64,000 nucleotides of DNA from Chiloscyllium plagiosum. Its lineage: Eukaryota. The stretch is taken from positions 33,317,520 through 33,381,519 of the forward strand of contig NC_057719.1 in assembly GCF_004010195.1 (NCBI RefSeq). The letters run 5' to 3'. This document shows, one piece after another, positions 39,326 to 51,671 of this stretch. The notes under the pieces are model-generated. The model ran no database searches. It saw only the letters and a list, made by a program, of their open reading frames with translations, and was not told where the DNA came from. The stretch's first letter is position 1. Every line of letters begins with the position of its first letter. A program made the position numbers and the translations under genes.

Positions 39326-39723
39326 TCTGCTTTTTAATCTTTCTATGAAGTCAACAACTTCATATTTAGGCACATTGCCCATCTGCCAGAATTTTGTCCA
39401 TATTCTAAACTTATGTGTATCCACCCACATCGTCTGCACAGCATACTATCCTACCTATCTTTGTGTCATCTGCAAATTTAGCTGCTGTACCTTTGTTTCC
39501 CACATCAAAGTCATTGGCATAAATTGTAAAAATCTGAGGCTCCAGCTAGGCTCAATGAGAAATTTCATTCATCTCATTCTACCCTTCAGAAAAGGATCCA
39601 TTTATGCATAATACATTTCCTGCCAATTTTCAATCCAAGCTCTATGTTTGCTCCACACAATAGCCTACTCTGCGTATTAACATTTCATGTGACATCTTGT
39701 CGAAAGCCTTCTGAAATTGAAAG

Positions 39724-39793
39724 TCCAGTATATCTACAGACTCCAGTATATCTACAGACTCCAGTATATCTACAGACTCCAGTATATCTACAG
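39724..39793. repeat. Perfect 18-bp tandem repeat, 3.9 copies
   Basis: (tccagtatatctacagac)n. Confidence 0.95.
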
Positions 39794-40151
39794 CGCATGC
39801 TACTTCTTCAAAGAATGCCAATAGATTGGTTAGACATGATTTCCCTTTAACAAAATCATGCTGACTCTTCCAAACATCTTCAGTTTTCTAAAATATCTAG
39901 CTATAACTTCCTTAAGGATCGATTCGAACATGCTTCTCATGACAGACATCAAGCTAACTCACCTTATAATTTCCTGTTTGATGCCTTCCTCACTAATTGA
40001 ATTGAAGAGTTACATTAGCTATTTTCCAACCTGATGGAAACTTTATGGTTTCTTTATTGTACATTTCAGCCCAAGATGGGGTTTGATCATATAGCAATGT
40101 CAGGTCAACACAACAATTTGCCCAAAACTGAAAGAAAGATATACAGCTGGT

Positions 40152-41418
40152 ATAGAGTCATTGAGATGTACAGCATGGAAACAGACCCTTTGGTCCAACC
40201 CGTCCATGCCGACCAGATATCCCAACCCAATCTAGTCCCACCTGCCAGCGCCCGGCCCATATCCCTCCAAACCCTTCCTATTCATATACCCATCCAAATG
40301 CCTCTTAAATATTGCAATTGTATCAGCTTCCACCACTTCCTCTGGCAGCTCATTCCATACACATACCACCCTGTGTGTGAAAAAGTTGCCCCTTAGGTCT
40401 CTTTTATATCTATCACCCTAAATCTATGCCCTCTAGTTCTGGACTCCTCGACCCCAGGGAAAAGACTTTGTCTATTTATCCTATCCATGCCCCTCATAAT
40501 TTTGTAAACCTCTATAAGGTCACCCTTCAGCATCTGACGCTCCAGGAAAACGGTCCCAGCCTGTTCAGCCTCTCCCTGTAGCTCAAATCCTCCAACCCTG
40601 GCAACATCCTTGTAAATCTTTTCTGAACCCTTTCAAGTTTCACAACACCTTTCCAATAGGAAGGAGACTAGAATTGCACACAATATTCCAATAATGGCCT
40701 AACCAATGTCCTAGACAGCCGCAACATGACCTCCCAACTCCTGTATTCAATTCTCTGACCGATAAACGAAAGCATACCAAACGCCTTCTTCACTATCCTA
40801 TCTACCTGCGACTCCACTTTCAAAGAGCTATGAACCTGCACTCCAAGGTCTCTTTGTTCAGCAACACTCACTAGGACCTTAGCAAGTGTATAAGTCTTGC
40901 TAAGATTTGCTTTCCCAAAATGCAGCACCTCGCATTTATCTGAATTAAACTCCATCTGCCACTTCTCAGCGCATTGGCCCATCTGGTCCAGATCCTGTTG
41001 TAATCTGAGGTAACCCTCTTCGCTGTCCACTACTCCTCCAATTTTGGTGTCATCTGCAAACTTACTAACTGTACCTCTTATGCTTGCATCCAAATCATTT
41101 ACATAAATGACAAAACAGTAGAGGGCCCAGCACAGATCCTTGTGGCACTTCACTGGTCACAGGCCTCCAGTCTGAAAAACAACCCTCCACCACCACCCTC
41201 TTTCTTCTACCTTTGAGCTAGTTCTGCATCCAAATGGCTAGTTCTCCCTGTATTCCATGAGACCTATCCTTGCTAATCAGTCTCCCATGTGGAACCTTGT
41301 CAAACGCCTTACTGAAGTCCAAATAGATCACATCTACCACTCTGCCCTCATCACTCCTTTTTGTTACTTCCTCAAAAAACTCAATCACGCTTGTGAGACA
41401 TGATTTCCCACACACAAG
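40152..41418 (-). mobile_element. 5'-truncated CR1 LINE, same family as 6148
   Basis: YLDFSKAFDKVPH, KFADDTK, LVRPLLEYCVQF; 3'UTR nearly identical to 6148-6590. Confidence 0.95.
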
Positions 41419-41471
41419 CTTTTGTCAGGAAATCTGATTGCTACGGTCAGTCAAAGGAATAAGTGACTGAG

Positions 41472-41661
41472 CTGAAAATGTGTTGCTGGAAAAGCGCAGC
41501 AGGTCAGGCAGCATCCAAGGAACAGGAGAATCGACGTTTCGGGCATAAGTGCCCGAAACGTCGATTCTCCTGTTCCTTGGATGCTGCCTGACCTGCTGCG
41601 CTTTTCCAGCAACACATTTTCAGCTCTGATCTCCAGCATCTGCAGTCCTCACTTTCTCCTC
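41472..41661 (+). mobile_element. Very young fold-back PLE-derived insertion (family 1)
   Basis: 15-bp TSD gaataagtgactgag (41457-41471, 41662-41676); perfect 77-bp palindrome 41469-41545 / 41550-41626. Confidence 0.93.
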
Positions 41662-41782
41662 GAATAAGTGACTGAGTCATTTACTGAAGAAACTATGCTC
41701 AATATGAAACATATGGTCACAGGTGCCTCTATTCTAGCTCCTTACATTGTATTTTGTAGATTGTATTCGGTATCCATTGTAT

Positions 41783-44125
41783 TAGAATGATACAGTACTG
41801 AAGAGGCCCATTGGCCTATCGAGTCTGCATTGATAACAGCTGCTCAATCTACATGAGTCCCACTTTTCAGCACTTGGCCCATAGTATTGAACATTGTGAC
41901 ATTTCAATGCTCATTGAAGTACTTTGTAAAGGTTGTGAGGTTTCCCACTTCTACTACTCTACCAGGCAGTGCATTCTGGGTGAAAAAACATTTTCCTCAA
42001 ATCTCTTTTAAACCTCTAAGCCTTTCACATTAAAATTATGCCCCCTGTTATGGGCTGTTCAACTACGAGGATCAACAGCTCTTTATCTACCATGCCCATG
42101 CCTGTCATAATCTTGTACATCTCAGTCAGGTCCCCTCTCAGCCTTCCCTGCTTAAAAGGAAACAACCAAGCTTATTCAGTCTCTCTTCATAGCTAAACTG
42201 TTCCATCCTAAAGCAACATTTATCAGAGTTAAATTCCATCTTGCACTAATCTGTCCAACTGACCAATCCATCGGGATCCTCTTGTGATCTAAGACCTTCT
42301 TTCTTACTGTCAACTACCCAGCCTTGTGTCATCCGCAAACGTACATATCATTGCCCCCACCCCTACATTTTCTTTTATATTATTTACATTCATATCACAA
42401 ACAATAAAGGGCCCAGTATTGATCCCTGTGTTATGCCACATACATTGGCCTCCAGTCACACAAACAGCCTTCTCCCATCACCCTCTGACTCCTAGCACTA
42501 AGTCAGTTTTGGATCCAACTTGCGAAGTTATCCTGGCTCCAAAATGCACTTACCTTCTTTATCAGTCTCGCATGTGGGATCTTGTCAAAGACTTTTCTGA
42601 AATCCATATAAACTATATCAGCTGCACTACTCTCATCTACACACCTGATCACCTCCTTGAAAGATTCAAGCAAATTTCTTAAGCACAACCTCCCTCTGAA
42701 AAGTCATGCGGATTTTCCCTGATCAAACTTTTCTTCCTCAAATGGAGATGAATTCTCTCCTTCAGAATTTTCTGCAGTACATTCCCTCTCACTGGTGTAA
42801 GGCTCACTGGTCTGTCATTCCCTGGTTTATCTCTACTACCCTTCAAGAAACTTGGAATCGTATTTGCATCCTGCAGTCTTCTGGCACCTCCCCTGTGTCC
42901 AGTGAGGTATTAAAGATTTGTGTCACAGCCCCTGTAATTTCCTCCCTCATCTCCCAAGCCTAGGTTGCTCGTATGGACCTAGTGTTTGTCCTTTCTTAAG
43001 CTCACCAAAATCTCCAGTACCTCCTCTTTCCCGATGTCAAACTGCCCAAGAATCTGACTGTTCCTTTTCCTGATCTTTGTACCTACATCCTCTTTCTCCT
43101 GAGTGAAGTATTCATTTTACAATCTATCAATGCCTCCAGTTCCACCCACAAATTGTACTCTTGGTACCCAATGGGTCCTTCACTGGTCAACTTCTTCCCC
43201 TTAATATACAAACAGAATATCTAGAGATTCTTCCTAATCTTACCCACCAATGTTTTTTCAAATGCCCCATTTTTGCACAAGATTTCCCCTTGCACTTTCT
43301 GATGATTTGCTCCCTTTGTATCGGTTGAAAACCTCTCTTTTCCTTCTAATTGAATCATGAATATTCCTCGACATCAAGCATTGCTCCTACATTTCACTTT
43401 AAAGGAACATGTTGGGTCTGTACTTTCACCAGTTTCATTTTGAATGCCCTCCACTGTTTCTGCTGCAGATTTTCCCAGAAATAGCTGTTCCCAATTTAGT
43501 TTGGCCTGATAATAAACAAACAAACTGTAGATGCTGAAAATCAGAAACAAAAGCAGAAATTACTGGGAAAGCACAGCAGGTCTGGCAGCATCTGGGGAGG
43601 AAAATCAGAGTTAACATTTTGGGTCCAGTGAGCCCTCAGATTTCTCTCTACAGATGCTGCCCGACCCATTGAGTTTTTCCAACAATTTCTGTTTTTGTTT
43701 CTACTTTGGCCAGATCCTGCCTTATGTTATTAAAATCTTGATAGTGATAGTTGTGGTCATTATCATGAAAACACTCTCCCATTGCCATCTGGACTATCAA
43801 TCTGACTTTGTTCCCCAATATCAGGTCTTGCAATGCACCGTCCCTTGTGAAACTTTCTAAATGTTGATATGTAAAACTCTCCTGTCTCCTCGAAACCCTT
43901 TGCATCGACTAACCCAATCAGTGTTGGGGTGGTTAAGATCCACAAATATAATTACTTTATTGTTATACACAGCTCAGTGAATTTTCTACATATCTGCTCC
44001 TCTTTTGCCCACTGACTTAAGGCCTATAATACATTTCCAGCAGTGTGACCGCCACCTTTATATTGCAAAGCACCACACACAAAGCTTCATTTGAAGATGG
44101 TTTTCCAAGATGGTATCCCTCCTTT
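41783..44125 (-). mobile_element. Old, internally deleted CR1 LINE
   Basis: YMDFRKVFDKIPH, EVPEDCR, TRDGALQDLILGN motifs. Confidence 0.8.
43507..43703 (-). mobile_element. Fold-back PLE-derived element, third family
   Basis: Arms agaaacaaaagcagaaatt...gcagcatctg / cagatgctgc...aatttctgtttttgtttct; short repeat tttggcc on both flanks; decayed hammerhead at the centre. Confidence 0.65.
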
Positions 44126-44145
44126 CTATTCCACCAGGCTCCTTC

Positions 44146-44830
44146 ATGAAGTGAAATGATGACAGCAGACAATCAAAGAGAATCAGGCAGGTCATGCAAG
44201 AATCCCTTGTGTCGTGCTGACAAATCAGTTTTCCAATTCAGGAAAGGCATTGGCCTGATGGTACTAATCCAAAATGGTATTTAATCCAAAAACCCAGGTA
44301 ATGTTCGGGGGACCCAGGTTCAAATCCTACCACAATGAATGATGAAATTTGAATTTTTTTAAAAATCTGAGATTAAGAATCTAATGATGACAATGAATCC
44401 ATTGTCAGTTGTTGGAAAAATCCATCTGGCTCCTTATCTTGTCTGGCCTACATGGGAAAGCAAACCCACAGCAATTAGAGAGGGGAATAAATGTTGGTCT
44501 AGCCAGAGACACCCACATCCCATAAACAAATGATTAAACAAAACTGACGTGGGTGCTGGTTCCTCAACTGACAATGGATTCATTGTCATCATTAGATTCT
44601 TAATCTCAGATTTTTTTAAAAATTCAAATTTCATCATTCATTATGGTAGGATTTGAACCTGGGTCCCCCGAACATTACCTGGGTTTTTGGATTAAATACC
44701 ATTTTGGATTAGTACCATCAGGCCAATGCCTTTCCTGAATTGGAAAACTGATTTGTCAGCACGACACAAGGGATTCTTGCATGACCTGCCTGATTCTCTT
44801 TGATTGTCTGCTGTCACCATTTCACTTCAT
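44146..44830. repeat. 266-bp near-perfect inverted duplication (44146-44411 vs 44565-44830)
   Basis: 4 mismatches by eye; 153-bp spacer. Confidence 0.95.
44246..44540 (+). mobile_element. tRNA-head SINE, same family as 18703
   Basis: tggcctgatgg A box, ggttcaaatcc B box, aataaatgttgg...cccacatccc tail. Confidence 0.75.
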
Positions 44831-45407
44831 TCCTCCAGTCTCTTGAACTGTGATGTGACCACCTTTCCAAACGTGGTAGCCATATAACTCTCAACATCAC
44901 AGATTAACCACAGACTAAGAAACTGCAACAAGACTATTTTGGGGTTGCGCATGTAGCTATTTATGGTGCATGTCCATCGGAAAAGCTATGGATTGGTGAA
45001 GCAAAGGTAAATATAAGCTTTGATATTAAGGATTGTTGGTTTCTGTTGGCAATGAAGGGAAGACAGAAGGAGATAAGCAGTTGAACAGAATTTGTTTTAT
45101 GTGTCTTGGCAAAGAAAATGAATGGGAAAGAAGATGCAATAGGGTGATGTGGATTTTGTCTCCAGCCATCACTCAAGCCCCAAATCACAGAGGTCAAGTT
45201 TCTGCAGTTGAGAGCTCTTCCTGTACATATCGTCATCTAGGATACAGATAGAGTCAATAATTTCCCCATGTGACAGCTCACACACTCCACTCAGCTGACT
45301 TCACCTACCATTACCTAGAGTTGAACATATTCAATCTTGCTCGCTATCTTTTCTGACAACTTAGTCTTTGTTGGGGATGGGATAAATTATGCAGTGGATA
45401 ACTCGCT

Positions 45408-45836
45408 TGTAACGGTCCAATTTAGAGGAACAATAAATCACACCAAACAAACCTTAAAAGTTATTGACTGTTTATTTGTAAGCTCACAGGGAGAGACATG
45501 TCAACCAAATGGTCACAAGTCACTCTGACGAGATACAGTTGCGTGATTATATAGGGTACAATCACTTAACAATTAGCAAACAGTTAACTGCAGTATAATA
45601 AGCAAGTAGGCACTTTGCCCACAGTGTCTAGGCAGTGCTAGTTAGTAGCTGATAAGCAAGTGTTAGTATTACAATAGGTTCTTGTAAAAGAAGAACATTC
45701 CTATGTTAGAAAGAGTTCACTGTCAGATATCAGTACAGCTGCAAGATCAACCATCTTACTGAGCCTGGGAAAGTACAAGCTTAGCAAGCAGATACTAATA
45801 TGAGATTCCAAATGATGATTGCTTTAGGTCTTAACA
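45408..45836 (-). mobile_element. Candidate LTR
   Basis: TG...CA ends; on minus strand a purine-rich gggagaat upstream, TATA near 45550, AATAAA near 45473; no TSD. Confidence 0.35.
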
Positions 45837-46086
45837 ATTCTCCCAGAATTTTAAAGATACTCACTTTATGTTGAAATTTAGTCTCTAACTGTTATTTATC
45901 TTTTGTGCTGCTTAGTTAATCTCTTAATAATCTCCTAGAGCTTGGGCCTTGGTCTTCTCCTGCCCCCATTGAACTGTGAAAGTTGGTAGGAAAACAAGAG
46001 AGCAGGAAAAGAAAACCCACCTTTTCACCTGACTCACACACTTTACAAAACTACCATGCTCCACTTTCTGCAGGCTGCAGAGAGGC

Positions 46087-46718
46087 TGTTGAGATGGACT
46101 AGGCCAGACCACTCAAAACATTTTTAAGCAGGCAGCCCAGACCATAACTTTGCAATTTATTTTGGTAAGTGTACAGTGAAAATTACCTGGAGTAAGTTAG
46201 TTAGGTTGACTACCAGGTTTTAAAACAAATATTTATTTACTAAATTACACAAAGAACAGAATAAGAACCCCTACAGAACTCATTCTATCCAAACTAGACT
46301 TAATTATACTGTTGCAAATATACACAACAGTCCCAAAAATCAAACCCCCTTAAAAAACACAGTAAAAAATGGAACAAATCCTTACACGTTAAAGTTAGAA
46401 GGGCAGAAGAAGAAAGAGAGTTTCACAACCTGTTTCCACACAGCTGAACTCCCAACTAGTTCTGGACTGAACTGCTCAGCTAGAAAGCTGACCACTCCCC
46501 TTTCATTATATAGGTCATTTCTAAAATGTGATCACTTTGGCCTGAAGTCTCATCTGTTTACATATAAACAAAAGGCCTCTCAATACCCTTTAATCTTTGT
46601 ACCAAACCAGTCTAATCGGAACTGGGAATCGTTTATGACCCCTCTGAAAAAAACCAAGGACACAGTATTCTTGAGCCGAGGAACAGCTTTTAGAATAAAA
46701 GGGGCCAGCTTTGTGACA
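46087..46718 (-). repeat. Gypsy 3' LTR
   Basis: Direct repeat of 57243-57876, TG...CA, adjacent PPT. Confidence 0.9.
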
Positions 46719-46899
46719 CCTCCCCCCTTAAAAAATGAACCATCAATAACAAAAGATGGCTTCATTTCTAAAACCCTTCAAAAACAAACTGGTTAGTCGT
46801 CTAAAACACACATATACACAATACTAACTACACACATACAAACATGCACAACCACATGCGAGTTCAGGCTGTGGCACACCCACCACCGAATGCCTCCGT

Positions 46900-47970
46900 A
46901 TCTCATTCGTGTCTTGATAATGCATTGGCGATCACATTTTCATGACCTGCCACATACACAATTGTCAAATTGAATGGCTGCAACAACAAGCTCCATATAA
47001 ACAATCTGGCATTTTTGTCCTTAAATCTTTCCACAAATGTCAATGAGTTATGATCAATGTATATGATTGTCTCAGATGCATTGCTGCAAAATAAACACTG
47101 AAATGCAGTAATGCCAACACCAAGCTTAAAGTCTCTTTCTCTACCGTTGAATATTTCTGTTGATGAATATTCAGCTTCCTAGAAAAATACCTGATGGGTT
47201 TTTCTATTCCCTCATCATCCTCCTGCAGGAGCACCACACCAACACACCAATTCCATGGGCGGCACGGTGGCACAATGGGCGGCACGGTGGCACAGTGGTT
47301 AGCACTGCTGCCTCACAGCGCCTGAGACCCGGGTTCAATTCCCGCCTCAGGCGACTGACTGTGTGGAGTTTGCACGTTCTCCCCGTGTCTGCGTGGGTTT
47401 CCTCCGGGTGCTCCGGTTTCCTCCCACAGTCCAAAAGATGTGCAGGGTCAGGTGAATTGGCCATGCTAAATTGCCCGTAGTGTTAGGTAAGGGGTAAATG
47501 TAGGGGTATGGGTGGGTTTCGCTTCGGCGGGTCGGTGTGGACTTGTTGGGCCGAAGGGCCTGTTTCCACACTGTAATGTAATCTAATGTAATCTAATCTA
47601 ATCTAAAACACTTACATCACTGGTATCGATAGCCATCTTGAAAGGCTTTGTGTGTTCCAGAGTGGCTAGTACTAGGGCAGTAGTTAACACAGTTTTTAGG
47701 CTGTCAAATGCCTTTTGACAGTCCACTGTCCACTGAAATTCCTTGCCCTTTTTTAACAATTCGGTGAGTTGAGCAGCCATGCTGCTAAGGTTCGGCATAA
47801 AGGTTGAGTAAAATCCACTCAATCCCAGAAATGGGAGAACTGCTTTTCTTGTCGACTGTGGGAATTTCCCTATTTATTTTCATTTTTGCATCCTGTGGGG
47901 CCATTTGGCCATGTCCAATACCATGGCCCAGGAAGGTGACCTGGGCTTTGGCAAATTCACTATTAGCCAT
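46900..47970 (-). pseudogene. Gypsy RT C-terminus and RNase H
   Basis: SEFAKAQVTFLGH, FQWTVDCQKAF, AIDTSDVSVGVVLLQ, YFSRKL, YSTVEKE. Confidence 0.85.
47257..47606 (+). mobile_element. Young full-length HE1-type V-SINE
   Basis: A box tggcacagtgg, B box ggttcaattcc, V domain gtggagtttgcacgttctccccgtg..., CR1-like tail, (TAATC)n; TSD aacac; CpG-rich. Confidence 0.92.
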
Positions 47971-48685
47971 TGTGGGATATAGATAAAGTAGTGTCACTTC
48001 TGCAATCATAATTACTTATGCAAGGTAAATGCACTCACACAAGTGTATAATTGTTTCAACCAAGAGCTGAGTCAACAAGAATGAAAACTATGTGGAGGAA
48101 ATATATAATTGTTTTTATATTAGCTAAAATGTGCATACAAGAATGAAATGTGCCTGCAAACAACGGTAGATGTTAGAGACAAATAGGTAAGGTGCTGTGA
48201 GGGGAGGGGGTTAAGCTAGATACGCCTGTACAAACAGTAGTTATAAGCATCTGTTTCCCACTTCTGCAAAAACAAGAACAAACTACAATCAAGAGGTCAT
48301 GAGGTCATACAAATGAGGGAAAGAGATGATAGTGAAGGAGGATATACCTAACAATGGACCACAGCAGGATGTGGTCAAATGGCCTTGAGGCCAGAATAAG
48401 CATTTTGTCACAGACAAAGCCGGATAAGGCAAGAGATAAGCAAGAGTAATGGGCACCGGTCTTAGAGAGGTGGGAGATGTAAACAGGGGAGGAGCAATTG
48501 GATGAAAGAATAGGAACCAAATGACATAAATGTTGTGTACTAGTTGAATTCAGTGTGTGTGTGTGTCCCTGCCTTGTGCACAATGGATACCACACCCCTC
48601 TTGCAAGGGCAAAATAAATAACACTATTGATTCAGATCTTGTCTCGGACTGAAATTATTGAAGTGAGTGAGGTTTGTTTCTCACA
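47971..48685 (+). repeat. ERV 5' LTR
   Basis: TG...CA; direct repeat of 52820-53521; AATAAA near 48613. Confidence 0.93.
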
Positions 48686-48687
48686 AC

Positions 48688-48705
48688 TGGGGGCTCGTCC
48701 GGGAT
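48688..48705 (+). promoter_or_regulatory. Primer binding site, tRNA-Pro
   Basis: TGGGGGCTCGTCCGGGAT, 18 nt, 2 nt after the LTR. Confidence 0.95.
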
Positions 48706-49000
48706 ATTCTTCCATCGCCGGGGGGGGGGGGGAGGTGTGGCTGGCTCTGGACACTGGGAAGACACGTCCCGTTCCCAATTGAGGAGCGGTCTCGTTTCTC
48801 AGTTTGGTCCGCTCCCTTGGGCGACTGGTACGAATCCCACAAGAGAGACATCTGAATCAGACAGTGAAATTAGGTTCATAGGAAATACGGCAAAAAGGGG
48901 CCAGGCAACTCTGTGTACAGACCAAGGTAAAAAAATTGACTTTTAAGTACTGCCTTGGTGGCCGGGATTGAGTTTTAAGGGATTAACTAAGGAACTCAAT

Positions 49001-49348
49001 ATGGGCTGTGCCATGGGTAAGGAAAAAGCCTCCGGGAAAACAAAAGAAGAAAAAGGCAATGGAAATGGAGGCAGGGTCCCTTACAACATACCTCAAGAAA
49101 GTCCGTTGGGCATGATATTGTGGAATTTGAAAAATAATAATTGTACTAGGGAAAAAAATAGGAAAACGATGATTAAATATTGTTGCTCTGTATGGACTAA
49201 GGAATCCATTCTTCATCCCTCCGTCTTCTGGCCAAAGTACGGGTCGGACAAAGACTGGGTTTGTAAATATTTGAATTTATATCTCAATGAAAAACAGCCT
49301 TACAGTCAGGAGGAATCAGATTATTCTTCAAGTTGGAAGGGCTACTGA
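49001..49348 (+). pseudogene. gag: ERV gag matrix region
   Basis: MG start (myristoylation-type), SPLGMIL, KYCCSVW, WPKYGS. Confidence 0.75.
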
Positions 49349-50249
49349 GGGTACACTTTGTAACTAAATCATGGCCAGACATCCAGAAACATATTCAAAA
49401 GATAGAGGACTGAAGCGAGGAGCACCCAGAGGTGTTGTTGTGGGAAGCTCAAAACGTATCTGTGAGATATGGTGTGTATGTGTGTGTGAGAGAGAGAGAG
49501 AGAGAAAAGAGCTGGTAGAAAGTTTAACCCTTTGTGATTCGGTTTGAATGCACATTTGTTTGTTGGTGATTAAATGTTTGTGCTTTGATCCCTGGAGCTT
49601 GAGATCCAGGACTGTTTTGAATCTGATTTTTATTATGGAAATTTAACATGATTTCTTTTAAGGTTAAGGATTCTATAGTGATTATGAAATAAAATGATAA
49701 CTCCTGTTCTTTTTACAGGTCATGACTGCCTTACTATCAGTTTCTAACTAATCTCTTTTATCCTTACATAAAAGCGATTCACGGAGGACAGTCGAAGTTT
49801 CAGTTCAACATTAGGCCGTAGTAAAAAAAATCCTATGGTTAATATCTGTGACTTTGGAGTCGGCCATTGTTCATGCATTAGAAGTTTTTATTTAACTTGA
49901 ATAGACAAATCCTTTTAAGGCAGCTCCATTTATTTCACGACCGAAAGCATTGTAACTAAGCAATGATTGGTCAGGACTACTTAAGAAAACTAATTTTGGA
50001 TTTAAACTAAGGGACTAAAACTAGATAATTATAGTGGATTTCAAAGTTGGGAACTGTATGTATTTTACATTTTAAATATTGAATACTGAATAAATGAATT
50101 TATAATATATAAATATGTATATACAAGTTAGGAAGAGGCTTTAAAGTTAGACAAGCATAAATTGATGAATTGGTATTTGAAGTTATAGGGAGCAAGAGGT
50201 ATTGCAATATTTCTTAAAAAAAATTCTCAAGGTCTAAATAAAACATTGG

Positions 50250-50728
50250 GTGGTGAAGAATGGCCATTAGGTGGCCCTAAAGCTGTTCAGTTAAATCGGG
50301 TCAGCAATTGATCTGGCAACATAACATGAGAAGGAGAAACAAAAGGCAAAAATAATGATAGCCCACGGTTGATGAGGAAATAAAGAAACGGACAAAACTA
50401 AAAAGGAGAAAGAAACCAGAATGGTCGGGGAGGAGATGTTATGGAGTCTGGTGGACAGGAACAAGGATCGAAGTGGAAATCCCCACAGGCGGGATGTTAT
50501 TACTGTGAGAGGACGGGTCACTTTAAGAGAGAGTGTTCAGATTTGAAAAAGGAAGTAAAGACAGTACCGTTTATGAACCTTGATGAAAAATAGGGGTGTC
50601 AGGGGTTCCTGCCCCCGGGGACCCACCAGGAACCCATGATAAATTTAAAGGTGGGACTTTATAAAGAGGACATAGTTTCCTTAGTCGATACGGGGGCAGC
50701 AAGGTCATCCTTAAAATTTAAGCCCAAG
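50250..50728 (+). pseudogene. ERV gag nucleocapsid and protease N-terminus joined by in-frame TAG
   Basis: CYYCERTGHFKREC zinc knuckle, TAG at 50591-50593, then GCQG...LVDTGAARS in the same frame. Confidence 0.9.
50591..50655 (+). promoter_or_regulatory. gag-pro stop-codon readthrough signal (pseudoknot)
   Basis: UAG, spacer GGGUGUCAG, stem 1 GGGUUCCUG/CAGGAACCC, stem 2 CCCAC/GUGGG. Confidence 0.8.
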
Positions 50729-51485
50729 GCAGCGGGAACAAAAGAGTTAATTGGATTATGGCGACGGTTTTGTGATGAGAGGCACGAAGAACCAGTTTTG
50801 TGCTCATGACAAAATACTGCCACCAAATTGGAATTGAATTAACTGCAAATGGCGCTATGAAATCTGTTGAGGTTCTTAAAAATGATTGTGCTCAAGCAAA
50901 ACAATTACAGAAACAGAATGAGAAGCCACAAGTGACTGGTAAACAAACAGAACTGCACAATTATAGTTTTAAAACTGTTTTGGTCATTTGTTGAGTTTCC
51001 ACCCTGAATTACAGATAATGATTTTTATATTTATATAATATATAATTAATAATTAATATTTATAATAAATTGATTGTGCTAGCCTGAATCTATATTAATT
51101 GGCAGGATCCCTTCACACATTCTCAGTGACCTGTCATATTGATTCATGGTTAATTTAAAACATGACTGCATTAATTCATTGTTAATTAATGAATGGAAAG
51201 CTACATTACTGGCTGATGAGGTAACGAAAGAAGCAGCCCTGAATCCACAGGAAGCAGTGGCTTATTCCCTAATACCTACTGTCCCAGGTCCTCGGAAAGG
51301 TCCTATCTCTGGCCACTGCCAAATCCCAGAAACTAAAGATTTGTTCTTAAAGAAGTATATACTGAGCTTGTCCTCCTCTTTGTCTTTCCTCAGGAAACAG
51401 GGTTTATTGGCACAGACTCCGCCCCGCTGTTTATCCGATTCGACCGGGAGACTGGGTCTTAGTAAAATCATGGACAGAGACTAAA

Positions 51486-51671
51486 TTGCAGCCGGACTGG
51501 GAAGGGCCGTACCAGGCTCTTTTGACTACTAAAACAGCAATAAGGACGGCGGAGAAAGGCTGGACTCATTACACTCAGATCAAAGGGCCAGTGGAATCTC
51601 CAGTTGAGGAAGAAGTCTGGACAGCCGAATCAACGCAAGAACCGCTGAAACTCAGACTAAAGAGACTTTGA
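51486..51671 (+). pseudogene. ERV integrase C-terminus
   Basis: LQPDWEGPYQALLTT...WTHYTQIK (GPY/F motif). Confidence 0.85.

Larger units (their letters stand above)
38220..40035 (-). mobile_element. Old CR1 LINE with nested insertions
   Basis: Reverse strand KFADDT (near 39470) and FQKAFDKMSH (near 39700). Confidence 0.7.

Noticed and set aside
39724..39793. CRISPR-like array
   Set aside because: Units are contiguous with no spacers, and the DNA is eukaryotic.
47277..47350. tRNA gene
   Set aside because: The A/B boxes belong to the SINE head, which continues into the V domain and LINE-like tail.
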